DNA of 60,887 nucleotides, filler included, from Sphacelaria rigidula (lineage: Eukaryota), in assembly GCA_964200075.2 (NCBI GenBank). It is 7 parts of 7 records of this genome, joined end to end, with 100 filler letters (N's around TTAATTAATTAA, not from the genome) between each part and the next. Parts side by side here need not be neighbours in the genome. Positions count along the whole stretch, not along the records: positions 43,565 to 52,176 come from CAXNAA020010607.1; positions 52,277 to 60,887 come from CAXNAA020010608.1; 5 more parts are not named here. One strand, given 5' to 3'. The translations under genes and the position numbers were made by a program. The notes under the pieces are model-generated. The model had not been told where the DNA came from, ran no database searches, and was given only the letters and a program-made list of their open reading frames with translations. Every line of letters begins with the position of its first letter. The first letter of the stretch is position 1. Shown here in pieces: positions 47,568 to 59,699 of the stretch.

Positions 47568-49013
47568 CTGCGCCAATCGACACGCCACAGTGTGCAGGTT
47601 GGCTATGTTGCTTCTTCTATATGATGACATGTGAAGGCAGGGATCGCCGTAGCAACCACATTAGCGAAGAAACGGGTCCGATTGGGGTAAATATTGCAAC
47701 CTACTCACCGAACCCTCTCGAGGCGAATAGGGGAACGTGAAAGCTACGAAGTAGCCAGAATAACACAAGATTAGGCTTAACAGCCGTGTACAACCGCGTT
47801 TAGAACCGTAAATGCGAAGAAAGCACCTATGAATATACGAACCTGACTACATGGTTGATACGCAATCTTATTGAATGGAGAGTCCATTTGTTGCGATGAA
47901 CACAGGGACTCTCGTTTCCCTGTTGTCGTTATCGGACATGCCAACCTTCTGGTTCCCTCCCAAGAGCCCCGGATCTCCACCGAGGTTGGCTCTCTCGTCC
48001 ACGTTTCTCCTGGACACGCACGGGCACAGCCAAGCAGTGGTAATGACAAATCTTAATCAAACCGGAGAATGTGACCGTATGGTGTAATGGCAGCTATACT
48101 ATTTGAAATCAGGCCGAAGCGACACAAGGCACGTGCGGCGTTGCACGGGTGTCTCAGAGACGTCTTGAACTCCCGCGCTTAAACCGTCATGTTTATTTAC
48201 TTACACTCGGATCATGCCGCCGGGAGTGCCTTTCTGGCTGTGCTTCACGACGTTGAGCTTCTCGCGTGTACCCCGTTGAGGGATTGGGTCTTCAGCCGCC
48301 CTGCAAATCCAACCAAAGTGCGCAAGACAACGATAGGAAGGAATACCGACTGGCGGGGGTCACGAACGTGAACACACGTCCATGAGCACCTACATCTGTC
48401 GTACCGACCAAACACCAAACTCGCTAGATATTCATATTTAAGAGTCGGAAAAAGATATATTTACTAACGTCTTAGTGTACCCTGAAGTATGCGCGAGTGT
48501 GAACGAGTTCAGGCTATGAGCACGAAATCCATGGAGGGGACTATGAAAAACGTCGAAAGTCCGAACTTTTGATGTGAGATAAAAACTTTCGCAACCCGTT
48601 TGTTTTGCAAGTAATAATCCTTTTCATTCGAGCTATATTTGCTTCCCGCATTCTCCCTGAACGTGTCCGTTTGACAGAGGGGAACACTCTCGTTGAACGT
48701 TACTTCCGAATACCGAAAGATATGCAGACCTTCAAGGCATGAGTATACCATGTCATCGACGAACGTGTAATATTAGACATTTCTGCCCCATATTGAGCAA
48801 AAACACTTGGATGGCAATGTGAACAGTGCGCAGACAACTTCCTTTTGCACCACATCGGTGTTGACATACCCCTATAGTCACGGTGCAATTAAGGTTGGTG
48901 ATACAGATATGGTCACGGGACACATGCGTTCAGGGCCTGACACAAGCAGTCTTGAACACCATCGGTCTCGGAAATTTTGAAAGCCCCGATCCCGTGAAGA
49001 CGTTCACAATAGA

Positions 49014-50009
49014 CGTCAAGACATGCGAAACTTGGGGCGGTTGGCTCAGATCGATTCGCGCATTTCCTTCCCCGAGAGAGGCCGTGGCGCACGACTCCAC
49101 TCACTCTCAGGACGGACGTGCGCAATCAGACTTGGGCGGGATGGTGTGCGCAGACGGTCCCGGAACGGGGGAAATTTCAGTCCTGTCCAATGTGATGCAC
49201 GAGATAGTCTCCCCCGGCATGTGGTGGAATGGCAAGTGTACACCATCCGAGCCGTGTTGTGTAGGACGTCAATCGATGTGAATGCTCGTGTGGGTGTGTG
49301 CGTGTCGGCGCGCGGCGCGCGTAGAAGGGGGGGCATTGGTTGGGCAAGGTCGGAGCTTCTCCAGCATTTGGCGTCATTTGTTTGATCGAACTACCAGATT
49401 GGTGAGTGGGTGCTAGTTTAGCTACGTCGTGTGCGTATGATGACGCGACAGTATTGACATCCGCTGTTTGCAACACCGCCTGTACTCAGCAGCGAGTCCG
49501 TGGCAAGGCACGGCTCCGAGAGCTCGTCAAGACATGCGAAACTTGGGGCGGTTGGCTCAGATCGATTCGCGCATTTCCTTTCCCGAGAGAGGCCGTGGCG
49601 CACGACTCCACTCACTCTCAGGACGGACGTGCGCAATCAGACTTGGGCGGGATGGTGTGCGCAGACGGTCCCGGAACGGGGGAAATTTCAGTCCTGTCCA
49701 ATGTGATGCACGAGATAGTCTCCCCCGGCATGTGGTGGAATGGCAAGTGTACACCATCCGAGCCGTGTTGTGTAGGACGTCAATCGATGTGAATGCTCGT
49801 GTGGGTGTGTGCGTGTCGGCGCGCGGCGCGCGTAGAAGGGGGAGCATTGGTTGGGCGAGGTCGGAGCTTCTCCAGCATACGGCGTCATTTGTTTGATCGA
49901 ACTACCAGATTGGTGAGTGAGTGCTAGTTTAGCTACGTCGTGTGCGTATGATGACGCGACAGTATTGACATCCGCTGTTTGCAACACCGCCTGTACTCAG
50001 CAGCGAGTC
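49014..50009. repeat. Recent tandem duplication: 485-bp copies (49014-49498, 49525-50009) with a 26-bp spacer
   Basis: Offset 511 bp; about six substitutions seen by eye. Confidence 0.95.
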
Positions 50010-50999
50010 GGTGGGAATCTGACACTTCAGTGGAGGGCCAGTCGGAATGTTGTTCGAGTGCCGAGTACTATACATCGGCAGCTCCCCAACCGCAGGGGAG
50101 GTGCCAATCGGAATGAGGTTTAGTTGCTCTCTGGGATGCCGCACCCGTTCGAGTGCACGTGTCCTCTGTGGTATTGTGTCGTATCGATGCACAGCGCGTC
50201 GATTCGGAGGGATTAAGGCGGTTTGAACGTGGATGTCGATACAATTGCCTTGTGGTCAAGCAATACGACACATGACAGTATTTACTAGCACCGAGTGACG
50301 AGTCTGGTATGAAGACAGGACTTCACCAGTCGAGGATGGACATGGTATCGCGGATGAGCGAGGCGGGATGTGACGGCCGAGGAGTGCACTCGAGTTTTAT
50401 CCCTCAAACTATGTTGATGCTTGCGGGGTAACCGCCATGATTTGTAAGTGATGCCGACCTTGTTTGTTCTGCCACGCTATAAACCCGAAAACGATTTGTC
50501 GTCATGTTGAAGTGTCAACACATTGTGTGTCGTGGATTTCGACCCTTTTCCCCAACCGTAATGCAACAAGCCATAGCTCCGGGATCGCGTCAGGGTCCTC
50601 TTCTTCTCTTCGTGTACACGGCGCCACGGCACAAGACATGAGATACGGCCCAACCATCACGGGGGGAAGAGAAGATCCCCGGCACGTGTACGGAAGATCC
50701 GCTTCCACATGGCCAGAGAACCAGACTGCAGCTTTCTCCCTTCAAGGATGAATGATGACTGGCACGGTAGAGTACCTGGCGGGGATGTACAGCACTGACT
50801 TCACTCTCTCCGCTCTGCTTTGTGGTACCAACAAGGACGGAATTCTGCGTCATCCCAGTTGAGAGGGTTTGAAAGAGATCAAACACTCGTGGAGATCTTC
50901 CTGGCATGCGGAGTGAAAACGGATACATTTGGCGGTTACCTGCTGCTAGTGTGACTTCTATCGGAGCTGCGGTGCTGTGATCTGAACAACTTTGATGTA

Positions 51000-51218
51000 C
51001 TGTAATGCGTGAGAGGACCGCGTGCTTAGAGGACCGCATCGGAATTCGAACATCCCTATGGTTAGGGTTAGGGTTAGGGTCAGAGTTAGTGTTAGTGTTA
51101 TGGTCAGGGGCGTGGTACCTGCAGGGACTGGCCCGATTGGGTTCGAAAAACGTCCATCCTGAGGTGTTTTAAACTACGGCGCGGTCCTCTAAGCACGCGG
51201 TCCTCTCACGCATTACAG
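51000..51218. mobile_element. Tc1/mariner-type MITE (TA TSD, perfect 38-bp TIRs) with internal telomeric repeats
   Basis: TA|CTGTAATGCGTGAGAGGACCGCGTGCTTAGAGGACCGC ... exact reverse complement |TA; (TTAGGG)3 plus degenerate units at ~51060-51100. Confidence 0.9.
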
Positions 51219-51238
51219 TACAACCTGTCGCGTACTCA

Positions 51239-51241
<3 letters not shown>

Positions 51242-51289
<48 letters not shown>

Positions 51290-51309
51290 ACGCGCGCGCG
51301 CGCGCGCGC
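51242..51309. repeat. (GT)n(CG)n microsatellite
   Basis: Seen directly. Confidence 0.95.
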
Positions 51310-52176
51310 TTGTGCGTGCGTGTGTTCCTGTGTCTCTCGAACGCTGCCGTGTGACGAGGGTCATCTCAAGCTGAGGCGACATATGGTTTCCCAGTAATAA
51401 TGGTATTCCGAGATCTCGACGGATGTTTGATCTTTCTTACATCCTCTCAACTGGGATATCGCAAACTCGTCCTTGTTGTGCAGAGGTCGGGTGAAATGAA
51501 CGGCGACAATAGGACCGCCCAACTTGCGATTGGATCATGTCGCAACCGTCCTTGCTCGCATGTGTGTGTTTGTGAGAACAGTAGCGGTGGCGGCAACATC
51601 GCCCTGCTTTACTACGACGTGTTCTGCAGCGCACGGAGGTACACCATTTTTCAAAAGAGAGGCAATAAGGAATCGATGTTTGTATTGGTCAGCGCCACAG
51701 ACAAGAAGCGAGAGCCTCGGCAGCCCGATCTTGTACGGGAGGCCGTGCTCAAATACCCCGCCTGTCGGCACGTAAAGAATTTGGTATGTGCTGGTAACAT
51801 GACTTCAATTTTCCCAGCAACTGGAAATCACCGAACGAGGACACACAAACAACATGAGCGAGGAGCTTCCTCTCCGCCATGCCTCCTCCGGTGGTATCGT
51901 CCTCGCCATCCGTGTACACGGCATTCATTCGGTGCACCTAACCACACTTGCTCACCTGCAACGGAGACTTTGTTTGCGAAAATGTTTCTTCCCTTGGTGA
52001 TACTGTTTCGCACAAACCCTGGATTTTCGGCAGACCACTTGAATGCCTTTTTAGTTTGATTTTTGTTTCTCTAGAATTCTCTGTTTTAATGTGGTAGTAG
52101 TAACAGCCGATCCTAATTTTTGGGGTTGAAACAAAATATGAGGTTGAAGTCCCATCCCTCCATTGCAGGGAAGATA

Positions 52177-52276
52177 NNNNNNNNNNNNNNNNNNNNNNNN
52201 NNNNNNNNNNNNNNNNNNNNTTAATTAATTAANNNNNNNNNNNNNNNNNNNNNNNNNNNNNNNNNNNNNNNNNNNN
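52177..52276. other. Artificial scaffold linker
   Basis: N44-TTAATTAATTAA-N44. Confidence 0.99.
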
Positions 52277-52346
52277 CGAAAGGGATGCGTGGTCGATGGT
52301 CAAATGACTAAGGCAAGCAACAAATGAGTACGCCCCCCCCCCCCCA
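52277..52346. repeat. Family A short element at the scaffold start (poly(C) end on +)
   Basis: CGAAAGGGATGCGTGGTCGATGGTCAAATGACTAAGGCAAGCAACAAATGAGTACG-C(n). Confidence 0.8.
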
Positions 52347-52803
52347 GGGTCAGGATTAGTTTGTTTTCCTTTCACTTGTTCACGAGGACTATCAGGATTG
52401 CTTCCATCGAGTAAAAATACCCCCAAGGATCAGAACCTGGAGTCGGGTAGTCGCAGGATCCCCGAAAATCGGTCATCCCGTAAGTCGTTCAATATTGAGT
52501 GCAGATATGACTTTGTTTCGGAATGTGGAGCGGATGCCTAGTTTGTCGCGATCCCTACAATTTTCGGATTAGATGTTCACCGGGTTGAGCGGTGGCACGC
52601 GAAAACACGTTCGAAAATCGCCGACTATGAAAAAAGTACAAAACTCCCTCTTTCAGCTGAAACCTACTGCAGTGGTGCACGTCGATTTCCACCACGGTGA
52701 AGTGGGACCCCGCCTTCGAAGAAGCTTAGTGATCTCCGTTTTTACGCCGCTCTGTTTTGTTCGTGCTTGGGTGCCATGCGCGTTTGGTGTGTGTCTTGTG
52801 CAG

Positions 52804-53063
52804 GTTGCTCAGGAATCCCAGCTGCAGCAGCACCGAGGCTTCCAGCCTTACGTGCAAGATGGTCGCCAACAAGCCGGAGGACCATCATCATCGCACTCGA
52901 TAATCATCCCTACCACATCCACGTGCACGCTGTCGCAATTCGATAACTCGCCGGAGTCTAATACCCGGAAGTCGAAGAGCGTAGTGGGTGCTGTTTACAG
53001 CGGCGGCGGGAAAGGATTGTTTCACACGGTACTCCATGGGGTTCCGTTTGCGATCTCGACCAG
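52804..53063 (+). CDS. Exon A of an unknown multi-exon gene (VAQESQ...GGKGLFHTVLHGVPFAIST)
   Basis: GTCTTGTGCAG| and AG|GTACGT; phase 0/2; paralogous to 57102-57373. Confidence 0.65.
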
Positions 53064-54489
53064 GTACGTAACGCTACTCCATGTCACGTCACTCTGCGTT
53101 GCGTCGCGTAGATCGTTTTTCGTTTTGAAAAAATCGACTTTGTGCGTTCGTGCGCGTGCGTTTGTTTCAAGACTTTTTCATTCAAGAAATGAATCGATCA
53201 GCGCTCTTCGACGGATGTTGTACGCTGTAACAAGATGTCCCGGGGAATACCGTTCACGATGTCCTTCGGGTACGTTGCTGTCCGATACTCTACGCATGTT
53301 CCGTCAGATAACGCCACGTAAATAATGTCCATATTCAGAAAATACCAAGTGCTTTGTGCGTGCTCTCTTTTTTCCTCGAAGGTATTCGTGAACACGGGAA
53401 TCCTCAGTAAATAGTCCGGATAAGAAAGGTGATCATCCTCGAGACGGTTCTTTTATAAAGGATTGCAGTGACTTTGGCATACGACGCAAATACCTTAACA
53501 ATGTTGCCAAACGATTGACACATGCGTTTCGCGTAAGCTTGGCTCCTGAGCTTAAGATGCGGCTGCCTACTGGTCAAGCAGTATTTTTTGTGTTCATGCA
53601 TGTGTTTAGTCGGATCCTTGTTCTTCGTCTGTGCAGAAGAACGACGGAACGATATGGTGAGGGTTTTTTTTCATCGAGTAACTGATTGTCGTGCAATGAG
53701 TGATCCCCGACGGACCCACCCGTGGTCATTTTCCACACGATGGACGTACCCAAGGTAAACATAATGGAAACACGTGCTACAACAAAAGACAAGTGAGCGG
53801 AAAGAAACGGGTGGAACAAACAAACCGAGGAAGCTGACAACCAAAATAAGACAACAACAGAGAAACAAGAGACACGAGAGGTAAGGGAAAAAGAAAGAAA
53901 CGAAGAAGAACCAGCGAAACACTAGAATAGGAAAAAACGAAATGAAACTGCAAAAGGTAGGCAGCCTCTGCCGCGTGGCTTCAGGTAACAAGAGCCACGG
54001 AGAAGGTATATATGAAAACCACCTGTTCCCATACACAAAATAAAAACGAAGCAAGACGGCCTAGGAAGCATATCGCTGCTCAGCTATTTCGGACCAAAGC
54101 TAGTTGGGCACGAGCTCTCACACATGAGTCCTAGGGAAGGAAGGCACCGAACTGCTGAGAAAACGAAAATTTTTGCAATATGCAATTTACAAACAACTTG
54201 ATGAAACGGGGATGATCTAGTGTCCCTCCCCCTCCTCCCGAAGCATAAGTACAAGTACCAAGCTAGCAGATCCTTGTCTCCACCACGCCTACACACATGG
54301 GGTAGAATATCGCTATATCGTTACCTCCCCATGTTTTTGGGAATATCATCATGATCAAACAGATGTTACGCCTCCCCGGGTCATTGGGTCATCTTCCATT
54401 CCGTGACAGCAGTATCATCATTCTTCAAGCAGGGGCGCAGCGCACCGGCGCCGCCCTCGTCCTCGCTTCTCACTCAAGCTCATGCTTAC

Positions 54490-54491
<2 letters not shown>

Positions 54492-54533
<42 letters not shown>

Positions 54534-54539
54534 GCACGC

Positions 54540-54571
<32 letters not shown>
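54492..54571. repeat. (CA)n microsatellite
   Basis: Seen directly. Confidence 0.95.
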
Positions 54572-54572
<1 letters not shown>

Positions 54573-54757
54573 GCCTCGTCTCGTCTCATTCCAGTGGTTC
54601 ATTCCCGTAAACCTCGAGACTTGAGTCACCGCCCGTTGAGGATGGGTCAGGTGCTATCGTGGATGGAATGAAATCGAACAAAATCAAATGGAAGGAACGA
54701 ATCAGCCAATCTCATTGCAGGCTGTTTGCTCGTACAACTGTTGTTGTACATAAACAG

Positions 54758-54974
54758 CCTAGACAAAGCAAGCACTGCCGCAATCCTCCGGCGTTGGAGG
54801 CGGCGGGTGGTAGATGGGCGACAGGACCCCACAAGATTTAGGTGGGAAATTGCGCGTCGGAGAGGGAGGGGCGTCGCCCGCACCCGACACAAAGCTCACG
54901 AGGACGTTTGGCGTTCCGAGCTGGCCGCGAGAAGCAAGATCAGGAAAGAACTCGCCGCTAAGGAGGAGAGGGAG
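54758..54974 (+). CDS. Exon B of the unknown gene (LDKASTAAILRRWRRR...KELAAKEERE)
   Basis: AAACAG| and GAG|GTGTGC; phase 2/0. Confidence 0.55.
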
Positions 54975-55467
54975 GTGTGCCAGTACGCCGTGCCTAGCCT
55001 TGTGGCGTACTTTTCCATGTTATCTATCGTGAAACCAAGTCTTCATATTTTGTGAATACCACTGATGATGTCATGTATATTCCCCCGCCCGCCACCGACC
55101 AAGCGCTTCTGCCCTTGTCGTCCTCGTCCTCTTCCTCCCCCCGCTCCCCCCACCCGGAATATGGTGAGACACCCATGAGGCAGAGTATAAGCCGTGGCTG
55201 TCTCTGGAAGTGGCGATGCCAGATAATAAAGCAACTCATTCGAGGCTGTCATCCAAATGCAAGACAAATCAGTAGGCTTCGAGCCGAGGAATCTTAGCAG
55301 GATGCAGCTCACCCTTCATGCGACTCGCCGAACACACCACGGCGCTTCTAGCTGTCCAAAGGGCGACAGTTGTTCTGAAACGCGTGTGTGTCACCCTTCG
55401 TCACGGGGGTAAATGGTGTCGTACTGTGTGCCATGATTTGTTTCCTCTGCGTTTTGTCTGTTCACAG

Positions 55468-55538
55468 GCTCGTCGTCTCGAGTTTGGAATGGGCAATGGT
55501 GGAAGTCAGCTGTTTTGGTCGTGGGATGATCTCGTCAG
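55468..55538 (+). CDS. Exon C of the unknown gene (ARRLEFGMGNGGSQLFWSWDDLV)
   Basis: TTTTGTCTGTTCACAG| and AG|GTAAAT; phase 0/2. Confidence 0.6.
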
Positions 55539-56544
55539 GTAAATATACATATATTTATATTTAGATACATATGTAGGTTTCGGGTCATTGCCCAATACGT
55601 GGTCGCCGGGAACATCTCTCTGTATCTCCATGTTTTTTTTTTCATTTTCAAAAATGTGTGGGACGTGTCAATCTTTACCATCAAGATTGAGTAGTGAGGC
55701 TTTGCACACGTACGTTCCACATAATATGTACAGTAGTCAGTATCTAGTCATCGCGCCCGTTGCAGTCCGTGGCGAACACATGCAGCGTTCGCTCCTTGCA
55801 AGTCAAACGAAGCATAGCGAGAGAGCAGTTTCTCGTGTGGGGTCGTTGGATACACAACACGCACAGGCCGTTGTCGAAGGTGCTGCAGAGTAACACACAG
55901 GGCTGAGGTATCCGATTTTTGGTGTTGTGTTGTATTGTGTTATGTTTTGTTGTGATCTGGTCTGCCAAACGTTCGCGTTTTCTCTAATTTTTCGTTCTTT
56001 GTGTTTCCGAGCGCGTGACGTGATGAAGCCCATCTCTTTTTCATTTTTGGTCTCTCTTTCGTTTTTTTTCCCTTCCTGAAAGCTGAAATAATTGATTTCT
56101 GATCTCTTCATCTCACCCTGACGTGATGTATCTGGGGGGGCCGGGGGGCGCGTTCGGGGCTGTGCGGCGGAGCCGAATTGTTCCGACCCGCAATACGCTC
56201 CGCCAACTTGCTAAATTGTTCCTAATAAGGATCGTTCGATCCGTTCTCGCGGGCTGACTCTTGTTTGCGCGAGTCGGAGTCGTGCGGCTCGAAGTCATTA
56301 ATGAATTATTGTCCATGATGGGCGAAAGTGGAAGCATCACATCGCCGAGAACGCCCCCCCCCGGGCGCCCCCGCCAGCTGTGTTGTGTTGTTGCTTTTTC
56401 AGACCCTGAGATGAACCCACAATATATATATATATAGCATTCTTTTTTTTCCCCCTCGTTCGCTGTTACTGTACTGTATCTCTCTTGTTGCGTTGCACCC
56501 ATGTCCTCGCCGTTGTGATGGACCAACCATTTGATTTTTCGTAG

Positions 56545-56644
56545 GGAGCTGAGTGATGTGTTCGACGGAGAGGGGGCAGAGGAAAAAAAGGAGGAGGGAG
56601 AGGCCGGAGTCGACAACGGCAGGAGGTCCCGCGGGTGTGGAGAG
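56545..56644 (+). CDS. Exon D of the unknown gene (ELSDVFDGEGAEEKKEEGE...CGE)
   Basis: TTTGATTTTTCGTAG| and GAG|GTGATT; phase 2/0. Confidence 0.55.
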
Positions 56645-57101
56645 GTGATTGACTTCCACGTGGTTCCTTTTTCGTCTGTTGTGATCTCCCTGGAGAGTTT
56701 TTTTTCGAATGTCAAGGTTTTGTGTCTTGTGAGATGATTCACTCGATTTTGGTTTGGTTTGTCCACTGATCGATTGTGCTTTTTGGCGTGGGTGGTTTGA
56801 GGTCAGCAGGGTAGAATTTTTGCCAGTGTATTTATCGTTGATGTGTATGGATATCCAAGTGTGCCGGGGACTCAGCACCTTTTTGCATTTACACGCTCCT
56901 CCTGTATTCATGTTCTAGTGGAACAGCGTGTTTATCCGTTATGCAGTCTGCCCCTTCCGATAGAAGTTGACTGTGCATGCAACAGCACAACGCGGTATCT
57001 GACTCCGGTGGGTCTTCTTCACACTAAGCATTTCAATTCTCTCTCCGCTTTGTTTCGTTGGTGCTTGTGCGCCACCTGCGTCGTGTACGTGTCTTGTGCA
57101 G

Positions 57102-57373
57102 GGTGCTCGGCAATCCGTGCTCCCACCCCGGAGCTACCGGCGTTCCCTGAAAGATGATAATCGACAAGCCAGAGGAATGTCACCGTACCTGGTAATCACC
57201 CCTCCCACATCCGTGTGGGCGCTGTGGCTATCCGATGACTCGCCGGAGTCTATTGGCCCTGCATTTTTGTTGACCTTGAAACCGAACAACGGGGCGGGTG
57301 GTGGTAACAGCGGCGGTGGTGGAGGTTTATTGCATAAGGTACTCCACGGGATTCCGTTCACGATCCCGACCAG
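57102..57373 (+). CDS. Exon A' (duplicate of exon A; ...GGGGLLHKVLHGIPFTIPT)
   Basis: Same acceptor/donor context and phase as exon A; the flanking intron sequence is also homologous. Confidence 0.65.
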
Positions 57374-57953
57374 GTACGTGACGCTAATCCAGACCACGCT
57401 TTGTTACGAGGATAGCACTCCATCTGAAATGATTTGGTCTGTTCGTGAGTGATTTTCTGTGTGTTGATGGAGGAACTATAATAGTCGAGCAATGAATCGA
57501 TCAGCACTCTTTGACAAATATTGCGCGGTAACGAGGTGTTACGAAGAATATCGTTCAGGGTCGTAACAGGGTGCGCTGGTTGGTGTACGATACTCTTCAC
57601 ACCTTGCGCCAGAAAACTTTACGTAAATAGTGGCGAAATTGCAAGCATTTCAACAAGTGTGTGTGTTTGTCTGTATGGTGCGTTGCTCCTTGCAGTGACT
57701 TGGATCAACCCGGAAACAAATGGACCCCTGTCGCCAAGCGTTTTACATGGTTTTCAAGCGAGCTTAGTCCACGGAGGGTAGCCCTGGCTACCTACTTGTC
57801 AATCAGAATATATTCACTCATGCATTCGTGTGCCTATGTGTTTGTGATTTATGTATGTGTATTGTGGAATCATAGTTCTTGGTTTGAGCAGAAATGCGAG
57901 GAAACGCTGCGAAGAAGTACATGTAATTCATGATCAACAAAGCTTGATTGAAA

Positions 57954-58394
57954 GAAGCGAACCCTGCTTTTTCTTTAACCTACCATACCACAGCCCGGAC
58001 ATGGACACGAAATAGAGAAGCTAACCCTGCTTTTTCTTTCACCAACCAGAACACAGCCCGGACATGGACATGGAATGGAGAAGCTAACCCTGCTTTTTCT
58101 TTAACCTACCATAACACAGCCCTGACATAGACATGGGAGAAAGAAGCTCACCCTTCTTTTTCTTGAACTTACCATGACACAGCCCAGACATAGACATGGG
58201 ATGACGAAGCTAACCCTGCTTTTTCTTTAACCTACCATAACACAGCCCGGACATGGACATGAAAGAGAAAAGCTAACCCTCCTTTTTCTTTCACCTACCA
58301 TAACACAGCCCGGGTATAGATATGGAATGACGAAGCTAACCCTCCTATTTCTTGAACCTACCATGATACAGCCTGGATATAGACATACAATAGC
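57954..58394. repeat. 63-bp minisatellite, 7 units
   Basis: GAAGCTAACCCTGCTTTTTCTTTAACCTACCATAACACAGCCCGGACATGGACATGGAAT.. repeated with a 63-bp period. Confidence 0.95.
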
Positions 58395-59699
58395 GAGAAA
58401 GAACAGATATACTTTCCAACATTAAGACAGGAAATGACCGAGATTCTTCCCCCTATATAACCAAAACCTAGACAAGTAAGTAATATCGTAAAGGTCGAAC
58501 ACCTTACATGCCCATCGAGAATACGTAAGACATTACAAGTACGGATAGGGTAGGTTCATCACCTCCTCCATATGAAATTCACATTGAAATTGGGGTCTCG
58601 TGAGATACGCGTAAAACCTTACCGGTCTCCAGCAGGCAGTGGAAGTCTGGTCAGCCATTTTCCTGAAATTTCCGACATTAGGTGCAAAAGGTGCCTAATG
58701 AAGGGAAGGGGTGGGTAATGCATGGCATATACGTCGAGACCTCCTGCACTCATGAAACAAACACCTTACCAACGACCGACCACATGGCCTACGAGAAGGA
58801 GCACCAAGCGGTATGTAGACTTCCTAGAGATCTTAAAGGATAGAAGCTGGTACAAAGTGAGGGGGAATCGTTTGCCAAGCTTTCGACAGCGAAGNNNNNN
58901 NNNNCTACTCGGAAGCATCAGTGGAGTAGCGACCCATGGTGAACCGTACACGGAGTGGAAGAGTGATGTACGGGACATCCCAGTGTGAGTAAGACCTCGT
59001 GTTATGCAAGCCGCCCTTGAACCTTACACGGTGAAAATGACCTCCCTGGAGGAAAGTAGCCAGTGCATCAGGGGGGCAAGGAAATAGAAGATACGATAGT
59101 GGGGAGCCTGGATGGTTTACCATGAAGATCGCTTGGCGAAAACGTGGAGTGCTTGTGTCAAAGGTGTTGAACCTGGCTTCAGGCTACGAGCCCGTGTTGA
59201 AGGCATTATTGAGTGTCGGCGAGCCAGCAAAAGAACGAAAAGGCACCAGACCCCCGACGAGTACGAGGATTGGGATGTTTCAGTACGTTGACTACATCGC
59301 ACCAATACGCTCGAAACGATTAAGCTGGAGATTCTCTCGAAAGAGATCGAAAAAGAGACGGTAAGGAAGAGCGGATGGAGAAGTAAAGAGTGAACGCATA
59401 AAGTACTATTAGTGCTAGTATGCGGAGTTCGTAGCGACGTGACAAGAATCGAGTTCAACATGAAACGCAACGGAGTTGGGCTATACAGTCTGGCAAGAGG
59501 AAAAGTAGGAAGGGAGAGAGAACACTCCCGAGTCACGCTAAAACAGAGCGCGGGCAAGGAGTGGGAAAGGATAGAGACAAGAAAGGGGTCGACATGGGTT
59601 AGAAGAATAGGGTGGAGAGTATGCATAGCTAATGGGACAACAAACCTAGGACGTAGTCCACGGGTAAACGAAGGGGGAGAAAGGCAGGAACAGGTAAGT

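Noticed and set aside
48883..49896. Duplicated 120-140 aa ORFs as genes
   Set aside because: They are products of the tandem duplication; no domain or splice evidence favours any frame.
52804..53063. MAP kinase N-terminus (…HGVPFAISTRY)
   Set aside because: It resembles the MAPK lead-in, but no Gly-rich loop or other kinase exon follows; the phase-compatible next exon is unrelated.
57954..58394. CRISPR array (63-bp period)
   Set aside because: The whole unit is conserved; there are no unique spacers.
58400..58520. GIY-YIG endonuclease on the minus strand (…GFGYIGG)
   Set aside because: Only YIG matches; there is no upstream Y motif or downstream R..EH.
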